The notes below the pieces were generated by a model, which was not told the origin of the DNA, ran no database searches, and saw nothing but the letters and a program-made list of their open reading frames with translations. This document shows positions 50,652 to 60,663 of a stretch of DNA of 64,000 nucleotides, one piece after another (within the stretch, counting starts at the first letter, position 1; each line of letters starts with the position of its first letter). The position numbers were made by a program, and so were the translations under genes. Source of the stretch: Chitinophagaceae bacterium (GTDB lineage: Bacteria > Bacteroidota > Bacteroidia > Chitinophagales > Chitinophagaceae); the NCBI GenBank assembly GCA_051861445.1, contig JBHYCS010000021.1:5381-69380 (forward strand), given 5' to 3'.

Positions 50652-50675
50652 ATACAAAATAGACTTTTGGGTGGA

Positions 50676-50683
50676 CAAAGATA
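50676..50683 (-). promoter_or_regulatory. -7 box for accD
   Basis: Minus strand TATCTTTG. Confidence 0.6.
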
Positions 50684-50783
50684 GCGATATTTTGCTTTTG
50701 CACTAAAGGCAACTATTGCTATTCGTTTTTTGCATATTACAAATGCAAATTACTATAATAAGAAAAATATATTATATTATATT

Positions 50784-53108
50784 TTATTGAATTGCAATCT
50801 CATCAATAAATAACCAAGCAGGGTTACCTCCACCCACATTTTCCTTTGGTATTTTACCATAATTTTTAACGACAATTTTCACATATCGATAAGTTGATTT
50901 AGGAAATTCTCCAATTATTTTGCCTCCTAATTTCTGAAAAATAACATCCTTCGTTAAATCTTCTTGATATAATTGCTGGAAATTAATCCCATCGATTGAA
51001 GCGGAAATAATTACCTCAGAGGCTGGATAAATCCAACTTTGTTTGCGTTCAAAATTGTACATTACCACCTTTGAAATGGTATCTATTTTTCCCAAATCAA
51101 TGGTTGCTTCTAGGTCTTTTCCATTCCAGCCAACCCATTCTACCGATGGGAATTTTTCTTCTGCTGTAATGCCATTTACTAAACCAAAAATACCGCCATT
51201 ACCAGGATAACTGCTAGATGGTGGGCTTGTAACAGTATTTTTTTTACCAGTAGCTTTATTTACTTCAAAATATTTGTAATTCCATTTTAAAGGTTTGCCA
51301 TCTACCATAACACTACTTGCTGCTGTAGTATAATTGGTAATTAAAATAGGCTTTGTGTATGGTTGTGCAGGTGCACTAAATCCATCGCCTCGAATTGAAT
51401 AGTAAATACTTGCTTTTGGATTGTTGGTTGCTAATTTCCAAAGAATACCATTGTTGTCTTTTGTGGGTAAAATGCTATCGGTAACATCATAATATGCTTT
51501 GCTGTAATTTACTTTCCATAATTGATAACGCTTAAACTGTTGCATGAGTTTTTCTTGAAACTGCATCCAATTTTTATTTTCTGGTTGTGTCCATAAAGCT
51601 TCACTTAGAGCTGATATTCTAGGGAAAATCATGTATTCTAATTTCGAAGTATTGGTAATGTATTCTGTCCAAACATTGCCTTGTGCACCTACAATTAAAG
51701 CTCCTTGTTGAGCGGATAACCCATTTGGAATTGGATTATATGCATACACTTTTTCAACGGGTAAATAGCTGCCAATAGTAACAGAATCTTCATTTCTAGT
51801 TTGACTATGATCGAAGTAGCAGTGACTACCTGGTGTCATAATTGCTTGGTGTTGTTGCTGTACCGCTTCAATTCCACCTTTTTCGCCTCGCCAACTCATT
51901 ACCGTTGCATTAGGTGCCAATCCTCCTTCTAAAATTTCATCCCAACCAATTATTTTTTTACCATTGCTATTTACAAATTTTTCTACACGTTGTATAAAAT
52001 AGCTTTGTAATCCATGTTCATCTTTCAAGCTTTTTTCTTTGATTAATTTTTGACAAAACTTTGATTTTTTCCAAGCTTCTTTGGGGCATTCATCGCCACC
52101 AATATGAATATAATTACTGGGAAAAAGTTGCATTACTTCGGTTAAAACATCTTGTATAAAGCTAAATGTAAATTCTGACGGACAAAATACATCTTCAAAA
52201 ATGCCCCAAGTTTGTTGCACTTGTTTACCTTTTTCGCTGCCAAACCAAGCCACATTTTCAGGATGTTTAGTATCTTCTTTAGGAAAACAACTCAATTCAG
52301 GATATGCAGCAATAGCAGCAGATGCATGGCCTGGCATTTCTATTTCTGGAATAATGGTAATGTATCGTTCAGATGCATATTTTACAACACTTTTTATATC
52401 TTCTTGCGTGTAAAATCCGCCATACGTTTTTTGGGTATTTCCTGTGCCAGGATATCTACCAACGGTTGTTCCATTTCTAAATGCACCAACACTTGTAAGT
52501 TTCGGATATTTTTTTATTTCAATTCTCCAACCTTGGTCATCAGTTAAATGCCAATGGAAATAATTCATTTTATGAAGAGCAATAAAATCGATGTATTTTT
52601 TAACGTACTCAACTGAAAAAAAATGTCTGCTCACATCTAAATGCATGCCTCTGTAATTAAACTTTGGTTCGTCGGCTATTTCAACACAAGGAACTGTTAA
52701 TGCTTTTGCTTTTTTAAGCGGAAGCAATTGAATAAGCGTTTGCATACCATAAAAAGTGCCTACATAACTATCTCCTTCAATCACAATATTTTTTGGCTGA
52801 ACCAATAATGAATATTTTCCTTCGTTAGTTGCTGCAACCAATGTTTTTTTAGTACTGAATGCAATAAAATTAGTAGTTGCTTTTGTAACAGTTTTTAAAG
52901 TAAAGCCATAGTACTGTTTTAGGTATCCATTTATAAAATTAATAGTAGCTTTTTCGCCAGAATCGGTGAATACAAACACAGTTGTTGGAGATATGGTAAA
53001 AATGCCTTTTTTCTTTTCTACTTTTTGCGGTTGAGGAATAATATGAATGTCTTGTGCATACACATGAAATAGTAATAAAGAAAGTACGGCAGTTAAAATT
53101 ATTTTCAT
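50784..53108 (-). CDS. GH20 beta-N-acetylhexosaminidase with C-terminal F5/8-type-like module, exported
   Basis: Signal peptide, RGMHLDVSRHF, HWHLTDDQGWR, PEIEMPGH, HIGGDECPK, GWDEIL, GAQGNVWTEY. Confidence 0.94.
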   Translation of the reverse strand: MKIILTAVLSLLLFHVYAQDIHIIPQPQKVEKKKGIFTISPTTVFVFTDSGEKATINFINGYLKQYYGFTLKTVTKATTNFIAFSTKKTLVAATNEGKYSLLVQPKNIVIEGDSYVGTFYGMQTLIQLLPLKKAKALTVPCVEIADEPKFNYRGMHLDVSRHFFSVEYVKKYIDFIALHKMNYFHWHLTDDQGWRIEIKKYPKLTSVGAFRNGTTVGRYPGTGNTQKTYGGFYTQEDIKSVVKYASERYITIIPEIEMPGHASAAIAAYPELSCFPKEDTKHPENVAWFGSEKGKQVQQTWGIFEDVFCPSEFTFSFIQDVLTEVMQLFPSNYIHIGGDECPKEAWKKSKFCQKLIKEKSLKDEHGLQSYFIQRVEKFVNSNGKKIIGWDEILEGGLAPNATVMSWRGEKGGIEAVQQQHQAIMTPGSHCYFDHSQTRNEDSVTIGSYLPVEKVYAYNPIPNGLSAQQGALIVGAQGNVWTEYITNTSKLEYMIFPRISALSEALWTQPENKNWMQFQEKLMQQFKRYQLWKVNYSKAYYDVTDSILPTKDNNGILWKLATNNPKASIYYSIRGDGFSAPAQPYTKPILITNYTTAASSVMVDGKPLKWNYKYFEVNKATGKKNTVTSPPSSSYPGNGGIFGLVNGITAEEKFPSVEWVGWNGKDLEATIDLGKIDTISKVVMYNFERKQSWIYPASEVIISASIDGINFQQLYQEDLTKDVIFQKLGGKIIGEFPKSTYRYVKIVVKNYGKIPKENVGGGNPAWLFIDEIAIQ

Positions 53109-53134
53109 AGAATAATACTTATTTTCTGTTGAAA

Positions 53135-53155
53135 AATCAATAACGATTATTGATT
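53135..53155. terminator. AT-rich hairpin between bioA and GH20 (weak terminator or operator)
   Basis: AATCAATAA-cga-TTATTGATT. Confidence 0.35.
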
Positions 53156-53158
53156 GGG

Positions 53159-54442
53159 TTAAATATTTTGAATGAGTTCTTCTAGGAATGAATATACTTT
53201 TTGTAATTCAACATCAGTAATACAATATGGAGGCATTATATAAACGGTGTTCCCTAAAGGTCTAATATACACACCTTTTTCCAAGGCTTTTTCAGTAATT
53301 ACATTAGCTATGTTGTTTAAATATTCGTCTTTCCCTACCACCACTTCAAATGCTAAAATTGTTCCTAAACAACGAACATTTTTGATGTTGTTATCTGATG
53401 AAGTATTATTTGATAAAAACGTAGCTGCAAAATTTTTGTTTGCTTGAGAAATATTTTCAATAGCAGTTAAAGTTGGTGTTTGAAGCAATAAATCTAAGCT
53501 TGCCAAAGCTGCTGTACAAGCTAAAGGATTGGCTGTAAACGAATGACCGTGAAAAAATGTTTTTAATTTATCATCGTTTACAAACGCATTGTAAATTTCA
53601 GCAGTACAAGCGGTAACTCCTAAGGCCATTGTTCCTCCTGTTAATCCTTTACTTAGGCAAATAACATCTGGTTTATTGTGTAAATAATTCGACGCAAATA
53701 GTTGTCCAGTTCTGCCAAAACCAGTCATTACTTCATCTGCAATACAAATAATATTGTTTTGTTTAACGGTGGTTAATAATTCATCCATCAACAAAGCATC
53801 GTATATTTTCATTCCACCGGCACCTTGTACCAACGGTTCGTAAATAAACGCTGCTATTTCATCTGCCTGCTTTTGGATAACATTTTTTAGTTGTTGAATA
53901 TTGTCTGAGGTTGGTGTATCAATAACAATTATCTCAAATAATTTATCATGAAATGCCAATGTAAAAACACTTCTATCGCTTACACTCATCGCTCCAAAAG
54001 TATCACCATGGTATGCATCTTTAAAAGCTACAATTTTGGTTCGTTTATTTTGTTTGTCCAAATTCCACCAATATTGCAATGCCATTTTTAATGCCACTTC
54101 TGTTGCAGTACTTCCATTATCGCTGTAAAATATTTTTTCGAATTTATTGGGTAAAATAGGTAATAAACGTTCAGCCAAACTTACAGCAGGTTCATGTGTA
54201 AAGCCTGCAAAAATTACTTGTTCTAGTGTAAGTGCTTGTTGGTAAATTTTTTCAGCAATATAAGTATTTGCATGACCATGTAAAGTAACCCACCAACTGC
54301 TAATTGCGTCGATGTAGGCTTTTCCTTGTTCATCAAACAACAATGTTTTCTCACCTTTAACAATTGGTATTGGTGCTTTACGGCCTTTTTGTGGAGTAAA
54401 TGGATGCCATACTACAGCAAAATCTCTTTCTTGCAATGTCAT
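53159..54442 (-). CDS. bioA: Adenosylmethionine-8-amino-7-oxononanoate aminotransferase
   Basis: VWHPFT, DAISSWWVTLHGH, YSDNGSTATEVALKMA, YHGDTFG, ADEVMTGFGRTG, SKGLTGG, FFHGHSFTANP. Confidence 0.96.
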   Translation of the reverse strand: MTLQERDFAVVWHPFTPQKGRKAPIPIVKGEKTLLFDEQGKAYIDAISSWWVTLHGHANTYIAEKIYQQALTLEQVIFAGFTHEPAVSLAERLLPILPNKFEKIFYSDNGSTATEVALKMALQYWWNLDKQNKRTKIVAFKDAYHGDTFGAMSVSDRSVFTLAFHDKLFEIIVIDTPTSDNIQQLKNVIQKQADEIAAFIYEPLVQGAGGMKIYDALLMDELLTTVKQNNIICIADEVMTGFGRTGQLFASNYLHNKPDVICLSKGLTGGTMALGVTACTAEIYNAFVNDDKLKTFFHGHSFTANPLACTAALASLDLLLQTPTLTAIENISQANKNFAATFLSNNTSSDNNIKNVRCLGTILAFEVVVGKDEYLNNIANVITEKALEKGVYIRPLGNTVYIMPPYCITDVELQKVYSFLEELIQNI

Positions 54443-54447
54443 AAAAG

Positions 54448-54455
54448 CAAATGTA
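54448..54455 (-). promoter_or_regulatory. -7 box for bioA
   Basis: Minus strand TACATTTG-CTTTT-ATG. Confidence 0.6.
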
Positions 54456-54490
54456 GTTTAACCTAAGATTAGTTGGTACTTACAAAACAT

Positions 54491-54524
54491 AAAAAAGCCA
54501 TTCTGAATAATTCAAAATGGCTTT
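54491..54524 (-). terminator. Probable terminator of the 54547 gene
   Basis: AAAGCCATT ... AATGGCTTT stem with a U-tract on the minus strand. Confidence 0.6.
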
Positions 54525-54546
54525 ACAATAAAATTAAAAAGTGCTA

Positions 54547-55029
54547 CTAAAAGGCATAACGTATACCAAAGCCGCCCCAACCTCCTTCAAAATAAGAATA
54601 ACCAATAAGGTTAAAAGATGGCTGCCAATCGATACTAATATTTAAAGGAATGTTTTTTATTTTATAATCCAATCCTAAAACACCATCAATACCAATAGCA
54701 ATTCCATTGTTTCTAGTTGGGTAATTATTTTTCCATTTATCGCTCCAAACACCAATATGTGCACCAGGTCCTATATACCATTTTAGTCCATCTACATTGT
54801 TTATATCGCCGTGAATTTCATATAAACCTGTAAGCCTCATTCCATCTTCATGAAAATATCCTAAACCCTCTAAAGCAACATTGCTTTTAGTGAAGTGTTT
54901 TATTGAAATTGCACCCGGATATGCTTTTACGCCTAAAGCGGTTTTGTAACTACTGCTCATATTTTGGGCGTTTGTTACTTGTATAGTTACAAAAAGAATA
55001 AAAGTTAGAATTGCTGTTTTTTTCATCAT
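54547..55029 (-). CDS. Small outer-membrane beta-barrel, hypothetical
   Basis: Signal peptide, alternating strands (WYIGPGAHIG, IGIDGVLGLDYK, ISIDWQP), C-terminal GIRYAF. Confidence 0.7.
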   Translation of the reverse strand: MMKKTAILTFILFVTIQVTNAQNMSSSYKTALGVKAYPGAISIKHFTKSNVALEGLGYFHEDGMRLTGLYEIHGDINNVDGLKWYIGPGAHIGVWSDKWKNNYPTRNNGIAIGIDGVLGLDYKIKNIPLNISIDWQPSFNLIGYSYFEGGWGGFGIRYAF

Positions 55030-55113
55030 AAATTTGTTTGATTACCACCTGTTAAAATCATGCCAAACAAATTATAGAGATTGAATAAAGATTTAAAATG
55101 ATTCTTACGTAGT

Positions 55114-55935
55114 TTATTGATATTGGTAAACGACTTTGCCAGAAAATTGCTTTTGTTTGTTAAAACATTCTTCGGCTTGCTTTAGTCCGTTTGGCAAATA
55201 GGTGGTTAACCATATTAAGTAATTACCAGCTTTTGTAGTTTGAATTGTTTTTATAACCCTACCATTATTATCGTACTCAAACACAAAATCTGGCAATAAT
55301 TTTTTTGCCAAAGAGTTATATTTTACCACGTCGGTTAAAGCATTTTTTTCGTTATAATAATAGTAAAAGGTTTCCATTGTTTTATTGTTTCGCTTCCATT
55401 GTTCTTCTGCAACATTTCCTTTTTCGTCTAAAACAAAAGCTACTATCATAGTATCTTTTCCATTTTTAATTTTACGCATTTGAATAGGTTTTTGCTGTTG
55501 ATTATATACCCATTCATGCACTTCAATATTGCTAAAATTTACTGCTGTATCTATACTACTTGTTGTAATACTAGCAATTTGTTGTTGACTATTATAAGCA
55601 TAGTTTGTAGTTACGATTATTTTTGAATTATCTTGAATAGAAGAGGTTAATAAATTGTTGGTGTAAGTATTGGTAATTACTTGCTTCCTTTTGTTGATAA
55701 TAGTTGTAGTTACCATCTTTTTTCCATCGTTGCTTATATCTTGTTCAACTTCAAAATTTTCAATTACTTCATTGTTAGAATTATAATTAATGGCGTTTAC
55801 TTTTTTTATTTTATTTAATCGCATCAATTTGTATTGCTCTGCACTTTGTTGTTGTGCAACAATTTCGTTGAAATAGTATTGGGCAAAAACTTGGTTAAAT
55901 GAACATGCAAAAACGAATAGGCAAACCAATTTCAT
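55114..55935 (-). CDS. Exported hypothetical protein with YD-like repeats
   Basis: Signal peptide; repeated Y-x-Y-(N/D)-x-x-x segments (YAYNSQQQ, WVYNQQQ, YYYNEKN, FEYDNNG). Confidence 0.6.
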   Translation of the reverse strand: MKLVCLFVFACSFNQVFAQYYFNEIVAQQQSAEQYKLMRLNKIKKVNAINYNSNNEVIENFEVEQDISNDGKKMVTTTIINKRKQVITNTYTNNLLTSSIQDNSKIIVTTNYAYNSQQQIASITTSSIDTAVNFSNIEVHEWVYNQQQKPIQMRKIKNGKDTMIVAFVLDEKGNVAEEQWKRNNKTMETFYYYYNEKNALTDVVKYNSLAKKLLPDFVFEYDNNGRVIKTIQTTKAGNYLIWLTTYLPNGLKQAEECFNKQKQFSGKVVYQYQ

Positions 55936-55952
55936 AATGAGCTTAATTTTTT

Positions 55953-55960
55953 CAAATGTA
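55953..55960 (-). promoter_or_regulatory. -7 box for the 55935 gene
   Basis: Minus strand TACATTTG. Confidence 0.55.
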
Positions 55961-55983
55961 GATACTTGGATAATTAAAAAAAC

Positions 55984-56023
55984 AAAAAAGGATTATTTCT
56001 ACTGATAGAAATAATCCTTTTTT
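55984..56023. terminator. Intrinsic terminator of the aminotransferase gene
   Basis: Perfect 18-bp inverted repeat AAAAAAGGATTATTTCTA-ctga-TAGAAATAATCCTTTTTT. Confidence 0.88.
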
Positions 56024-56042
56024 AAGTATTGATTGAAGAAAA

Positions 56043-57233
56043 CTATTTTAAAGTGGCTAGTGCAGCAGCAATTCTTGCCCAAGCTTTTTCAATGTTTTGC
56101 ATACTGTTAGCAAATGAAAAACGTACGCAATTAGGCTCGCCAAAAGCATCTCCCATTACACTAGATACATGAGCGGTGTTTAATAAAAACATACTAAAAT
56201 CGACAGCATTGTTAATTGTTTCTGTACCATTTGATTTTCCGTAATAAGCACTTACATCTGGGAAAATGTAAAATGCTCCTTCCGGTTCAAAGCATTTAAA
56301 ACCAGGAATTGTTTTTACCAATTCTAAGGTTTTAGTTCTTCTACGTGTAAATTCTTCTGTCATTTCAAAAGTTGGCTTTAAGTCTGTTGTTAAAGCAACT
56401 ACACCTGCCTTTTGAGTGATAGAACATGTTCCACTTGTAAATTGACCTTGTAGTTTTTCACAAGCTTTTGCAATTGTTGTATTAGCAGCAATGTATCCTA
56501 ATCTCCAACCTGTCATAGCAAAGCCTTTACTTAAACCATTGATTAATACAATTCTGTCTTTTAAATCATCGAATTGAGCAATGCTTTCATGTGCTCCTGT
56601 AAAGTTGATATACTCATAAATTTCATCTGATAAGATAATAATTTGAGGATATTTTCTAAACACTTCTGCCAAAGCAGCTAATTCTGATTTACTGTAAACC
56701 GCTCCTGATGGATTACAAGGAGAAGAAAACATGAATACCTTTGTTTTTGGAGTAATGGCTGCTTCTAATTGTGCAGGCGTTACTTTAAAACCAGTTTCTA
56801 AACCACAATGAATTTCTACTACTTTTCCACGAGCAATTTTTACCAATTCACTATAAGTAACCCAATATGGTGTAGGAATTACTACTTCATCGTTTTCATC
56901 TACCAAAGCCAAAATTGCATTGGCTAAACTTTGTTTTGCACCAGTTGATGTAACAATATTTTCTGGTTTATAATCTAAATTATTATCACGTTTTAATTTA
57001 GTACAAACGGCTTCTCTTAAATCTAAATAGCCAGAAACAGGCGTGTAATGACTAAAATTGTCATTGATAGCTTTAATGGCGGCATCTTTAATGTGTTGAG
57101 GAGTATCAAAATCTGGTTCACCCAAGCTAAGGTCAATAACATCGATACCTTGAGCTCTTAATTCACGACCCAATTTGGCCATTTTTAGTGTTTCCGGTTC
57201 AGCGAAACGATCTAATAAAGAAGATAATTGCAT
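56043..57233 (-). CDS. Class I PLP aminotransferase (aspartate aminotransferase type)
   Basis: LSLGEPDFDTP, STGAKQS, PTPYWVTY, SPCNPSG, SDEIYE, NGLSKGFAMTGWRLGY. Confidence 0.93.
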   Translation of the reverse strand: MQLSSLLDRFAEPETLKMAKLGRELRAQGIDVIDLSLGEPDFDTPQHIKDAAIKAINDNFSHYTPVSGYLDLREAVCTKLKRDNNLDYKPENIVTSTGAKQSLANAILALVDENDEVVIPTPYWVTYSELVKIARGKVVEIHCGLETGFKVTPAQLEAAITPKTKVFMFSSPCNPSGAVYSKSELAALAEVFRKYPQIIILSDEIYEYINFTGAHESIAQFDDLKDRIVLINGLSKGFAMTGWRLGYIAANTTIAKACEKLQGQFTSGTCSITQKAGVVALTTDLKPTFEMTEEFTRRRTKTLELVKTIPGFKCFEPEGAFYIFPDVSAYYGKSNGTETINNAVDFSMFLLNTAHVSSVMGDAFGEPNCVRFSFANSMQNIEKAWARIAAALATLK

Positions 57234-57519
57234 GATTTGTACGTATTAATTTTTGCGAGTGCAAAATAACGGCATTCATACTATAATTAGTGAAGTTTTT
57301 ATACAATTGAATTTTTCGTAATTTTTTTTTAACAAAATTCAAATATGTTTAAATAAACCTGATGATTTGCAGCTAGCTATTTATTCCATTAGTTAAATAA
57401 ATCAGTACATCAAGCTACAAAATCTATATTTTGGTTACCTCACAGTACAGGATACTTCTGTGCATTTGCTTATTTACATTCGAACAATTTTTTAATATCT
57501 GCTAAATATTGCTATTGTC

Positions 57520-59490
57520 ATGTTGAAATTCAAATTGCTATTTTGTATCATTTCACTTTTTTCTATCCTAAATGTTCAAGCACAAAACAATGTATTTACT
57601 ATCAAAGTAAATGAACCTAAATCTTTGATACAGCCTACCATGTGGGGCGTTTTTTTTGAAGATATAAATATGGGTGCAGATGGTGGTTTGTATGCAGAAT
57701 TGGTAAAAAATCGTTCGTTCGAATTTGCAAATCCATTAATGGGATGGAAAGAACTGCGACAAGCAGGAAGTAGTATTTTAATTATCAATAGAAACCAACA
57801 AAATCACCCAAATCCAAGATTTGCAAGAATTAGTAACTTGAATGTAAACAAACCTTATACATTAATTAATGAAGGCTTTAGAGGTATGGGAATAAAACAA
57901 AATAATGGCTACGATTTTTCTATTTGGGCTCAACTAAAAAAAGGGAAAAACTGTGTAGTAACGATAGAATTGGTTACCAATACGGGTGAAAAAATAGCCT
58001 CATCGAACTTAACAATTAATGATACTACATGGAAACAATACAATATACAATTTACAGCCAATGCCACTGAGCCTAAAGCCAAACTTCAACTTAGTTTTAG
58101 TGGAGAAATGGTGGTAGACATAGATATGATTTCATTATTTCCACAAGATACTTGGAAGAAAAGACCCAAAGGCTTAAGAGCTGATCTGGTGCAATTATTA
58201 GCAGACATGAAACCTGGTTTTGTGCGTTTTCCTGGTGGATGTATTGTAGAAGGAAGAGACTTGGTAAATAGATACCAATGGAAGAAAACGGTAGGAAAAA
58301 TTGAAGAAAGAGAAGTAATGATTAATAGATGGAATACAGAATTTGCTCATCGATTAACGCCAGATTATTATCAAACTTTTGGATTGGGCTTTTTCGAATA
58401 TTTTCAAATGTCAGAAGATATAGGTGCAGAACCATTACCTATTTTGAATTGTGGAATGGCTTGTCAATTTAATACTGCAGAAGTTGTTGCTGCTGAAGCT
58501 TTAGATCCTTACATACAAGATGCATTAGATTTAATTGAATTTGCAAATGGAAATACAAATACAAAATGGGGAAAATTAAGAGCCGATTTAGGGCATCCTG
58601 AACCTTTTAACTTGAAGTTTTTAGGAATAGGTAACGAAAATTGGGGACCTCAATATATAGAACGTGTAAAAGTGTTTACCAAAGCCATCAAAGAAAAATA
58701 TCCAACCATACAGTTGATTAACAGTTCAGGTACTGATGATGCTGGTGAAAGATTCGACTATTTAAATACGGAACTACGAAAAATGAATGCAGATATTATA
58801 GATGAACATTACTATAGAGATCCTGCTTGGTTTCGGCAAAATGCAAAAAGATACGATAGTTATAATTTGAATGGATCTAAAGTATTTGCTGGTGAATATG
58901 CTGCTCAAAGTAAAGGAATTGCAAGTAGTGAAAATAGAAATAACTGGAATTGTGCTTTGTCTGAAGCTGCATTTATGACAGGCTTAGAACGCAATGCTGG
59001 TGTAGTTTACATGGCTTCTTACGCTCCACTATTTGCACATGTAGATGCTTGGCAATGGACTCCTGATTTAATATGGATGGATAACCTTCGTTCGTATGGA
59101 ACACCTAATTACTATGTACAAAAAATGTTTTCATTAAATAAAGGCAATCAAGTGATTCCGATTGAATACAATGGTAATGTAATTGCTGGTGAGGATAGTT
59201 TATATGCTACAGCAAGTATTGACTTTAAATCCAAAGAATTGTGTATTAAAATTGTAAACACAGCAAGTAAAGATTGTACACAAACACTAAAATTTTCTGG
59301 TGTTAAAAAATTGGCAAAAAATGCAACTATTTCTATGTTACAAAGCAATAATTTGTTGCAAACCAATTCACTAGATAATCCTACATCAATCAGTCCAAAA
59401 GATTCTGTGATTTCCGTTCCAAATAAACAATTAACTATTTCAGTTCCTGCTTATTCATTTCAAGTAATTCGAGTGAAGATGATGGATTAA
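57520..59490 (+). CDS. GH51 alpha-L-arabinofuranosidase, exported
   Basis: Signal peptide, FFEDIN, ELVKNRSFE, RFPGGC, GIGNENWG, IDEHYY, FAGEYAA, SYAPLF. Confidence 0.94.
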   Translation: MLKFKLLFCIISLFSILNVQAQNNVFTIKVNEPKSLIQPTMWGVFFEDINMGADGGLYAELVKNRSFEFANPLMGWKELRQAGSSILIINRNQQNHPNPRFARISNLNVNKPYTLINEGFRGMGIKQNNGYDFSIWAQLKKGKNCVVTIELVTNTGEKIASSNLTINDTTWKQYNIQFTANATEPKAKLQLSFSGEMVVDIDMISLFPQDTWKKRPKGLRADLVQLLADMKPGFVRFPGGCIVEGRDLVNRYQWKKTVGKIEEREVMINRWNTEFAHRLTPDYYQTFGLGFFEYFQMSEDIGAEPLPILNCGMACQFNTAEVVAAEALDPYIQDALDLIEFANGNTNTKWGKLRADLGHPEPFNLKFLGIGNENWGPQYIERVKVFTKAIKEKYPTIQLINSSGTDDAGERFDYLNTELRKMNADIIDEHYYRDPAWFRQNAKRYDSYNLNGSKVFAGEYAAQSKGIASSENRNNWNCALSEAAFMTGLERNAGVVYMASYAPLFAHVDAWQWTPDLIWMDNLRSYGTPNYYVQKMFSLNKGNQVIPIEYNGNVIAGEDSLYATASIDFKSKELCIKIVNTASKDCTQTLKFSGVKKLAKNATISMLQSNNLLQTNSLDNPTSISPKDSVISVPNKQLTISVPAYSFQVIRVKMMD

Positions 59491-59557
59491 AATTTATTGA
59501 TGAATCTACTTAAACCTTCAATATTTTACGTAGTCTTATGCATCAAACCACCATACA

Positions 59558-60640
59558 ATGCGTATTCTATTCGCTTTTTTTACTCTTTTTATTTTTTCTT
59601 GTAAAAAAAATACATCTAATCCAAATAATACAACTACAACAACTAACGTTTATTTTCCTCCAATAACTGGTACAACTTGGCAAACAAATACAGCAGCTGC
59701 TTTGGGTTGGAATGAAACAGAAATTCCTAATTTATATACCTATTTGCAGCAAAAAAATACAAAGGCATTTATTGTTTTAAAAAATGGTGAAATAATTCTG
59801 GAAAAATACTTTGGAACATTTACTGCCGATAGTGTTTGGTATTGGGCTTCTGCCGGTAAAACCATGACTGGTTTTTTAGTAGGCATTGCACAAAAAGAGG
59901 GAAGTTTGAATATAAACGATAAATCTTCAAAATATTTAGGAACAGGCTTTACATCGTCGCCATTGGTAAAAGAAAACCTAATTACAGTTCGTCATCAATT
60001 AACCATGACTACAGGTTTAGACGATGGCCTTTCAGACGATGATTGTACATTACCATCTTGCTTACAATACAAAGCAGATGCAGGTACAAGATGGGCTTAT
60101 CATAATGGTGCATATACTTTATTAGATAAGGTTATTGAGAATGCTACAGGCAAAACTTTTAATGCTTATTTTCAAGAAAAAATTACAGCACCAACAGGTA
60201 TTAAGGGTTTATGGGTTCGTACAGGTTTGTACAACAATGTTTTATACAGCAATGCAAGAAGTATGGCAAGATTTGGCCTTTTGCTTATGAATAAAGGAAC
60301 GTGGAATACAACTCCAATTTTAAGCGATACCACTTATTTTAATAACCAAATTAATAGTTCACAAACACTAAACCCTAGTTATGGTTATTTAACTTGGTTA
60401 AATGGAAAATCAAACTACATGTTACCAACGCTACAGTTTGTTTTTCAAGGAATGCTTACGCCAAATGCACCAGCAGATATGTATGCCGCTTTGGGAAAAA
60501 ACGATCAAAAAATATATGTAGTTCCTTCACAAAAAATTGTAGTGATTAGAATGGGTGAATCTGCTGGAAATGTTCAATTGGCATTGTCAAGTTTTGATAA
60601 TGAATTATGGGGTAAACTAAAAGCCATTATCAAATATTAG
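59558..60640 (+). CDS. Serine hydrolase, beta-lactamase class C-like lipoprotein
   Basis: Lipoprotein signal (IFSC), SxxK motif SAGK, HQLTMTTG, YxN motif YHN, YGYLTW. Confidence 0.85.
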   Translation: MRILFAFFTLFIFSCKKNTSNPNNTTTTTNVYFPPITGTTWQTNTAAALGWNETEIPNLYTYLQQKNTKAFIVLKNGEIILEKYFGTFTADSVWYWASAGKTMTGFLVGIAQKEGSLNINDKSSKYLGTGFTSSPLVKENLITVRHQLTMTTGLDDGLSDDDCTLPSCLQYKADAGTRWAYHNGAYTLLDKVIENATGKTFNAYFQEKITAPTGIKGLWVRTGLYNNVLYSNARSMARFGLLLMNKGTWNTTPILSDTTYFNNQINSSQTLNPSYGYLTWLNGKSNYMLPTLQFVFQGMLTPNAPADMYAALGKNDQKIYVVPSQKIVVIRMGESAGNVQLALSSFDNELWGKLKAIIKY

Positions 60641-60663
60641 CATTTATTTATTCTTAAGAAACA

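Noticed and set aside
4074-56023. Long perfect inverted repeats (18-19 bp) as a REP or MITE family
   Set aside because: Arms differ in sequence between sites, and each sits at a gene 3' end with A/T tails, so they are ordinary intrinsic terminators
57441-57462. AraR-type site before GH51 (AGT-N7-ACT)
   Set aside because: Only the inner GT-N7-AC matches; the outer GT/AC pairs seen at the two good sites are missing
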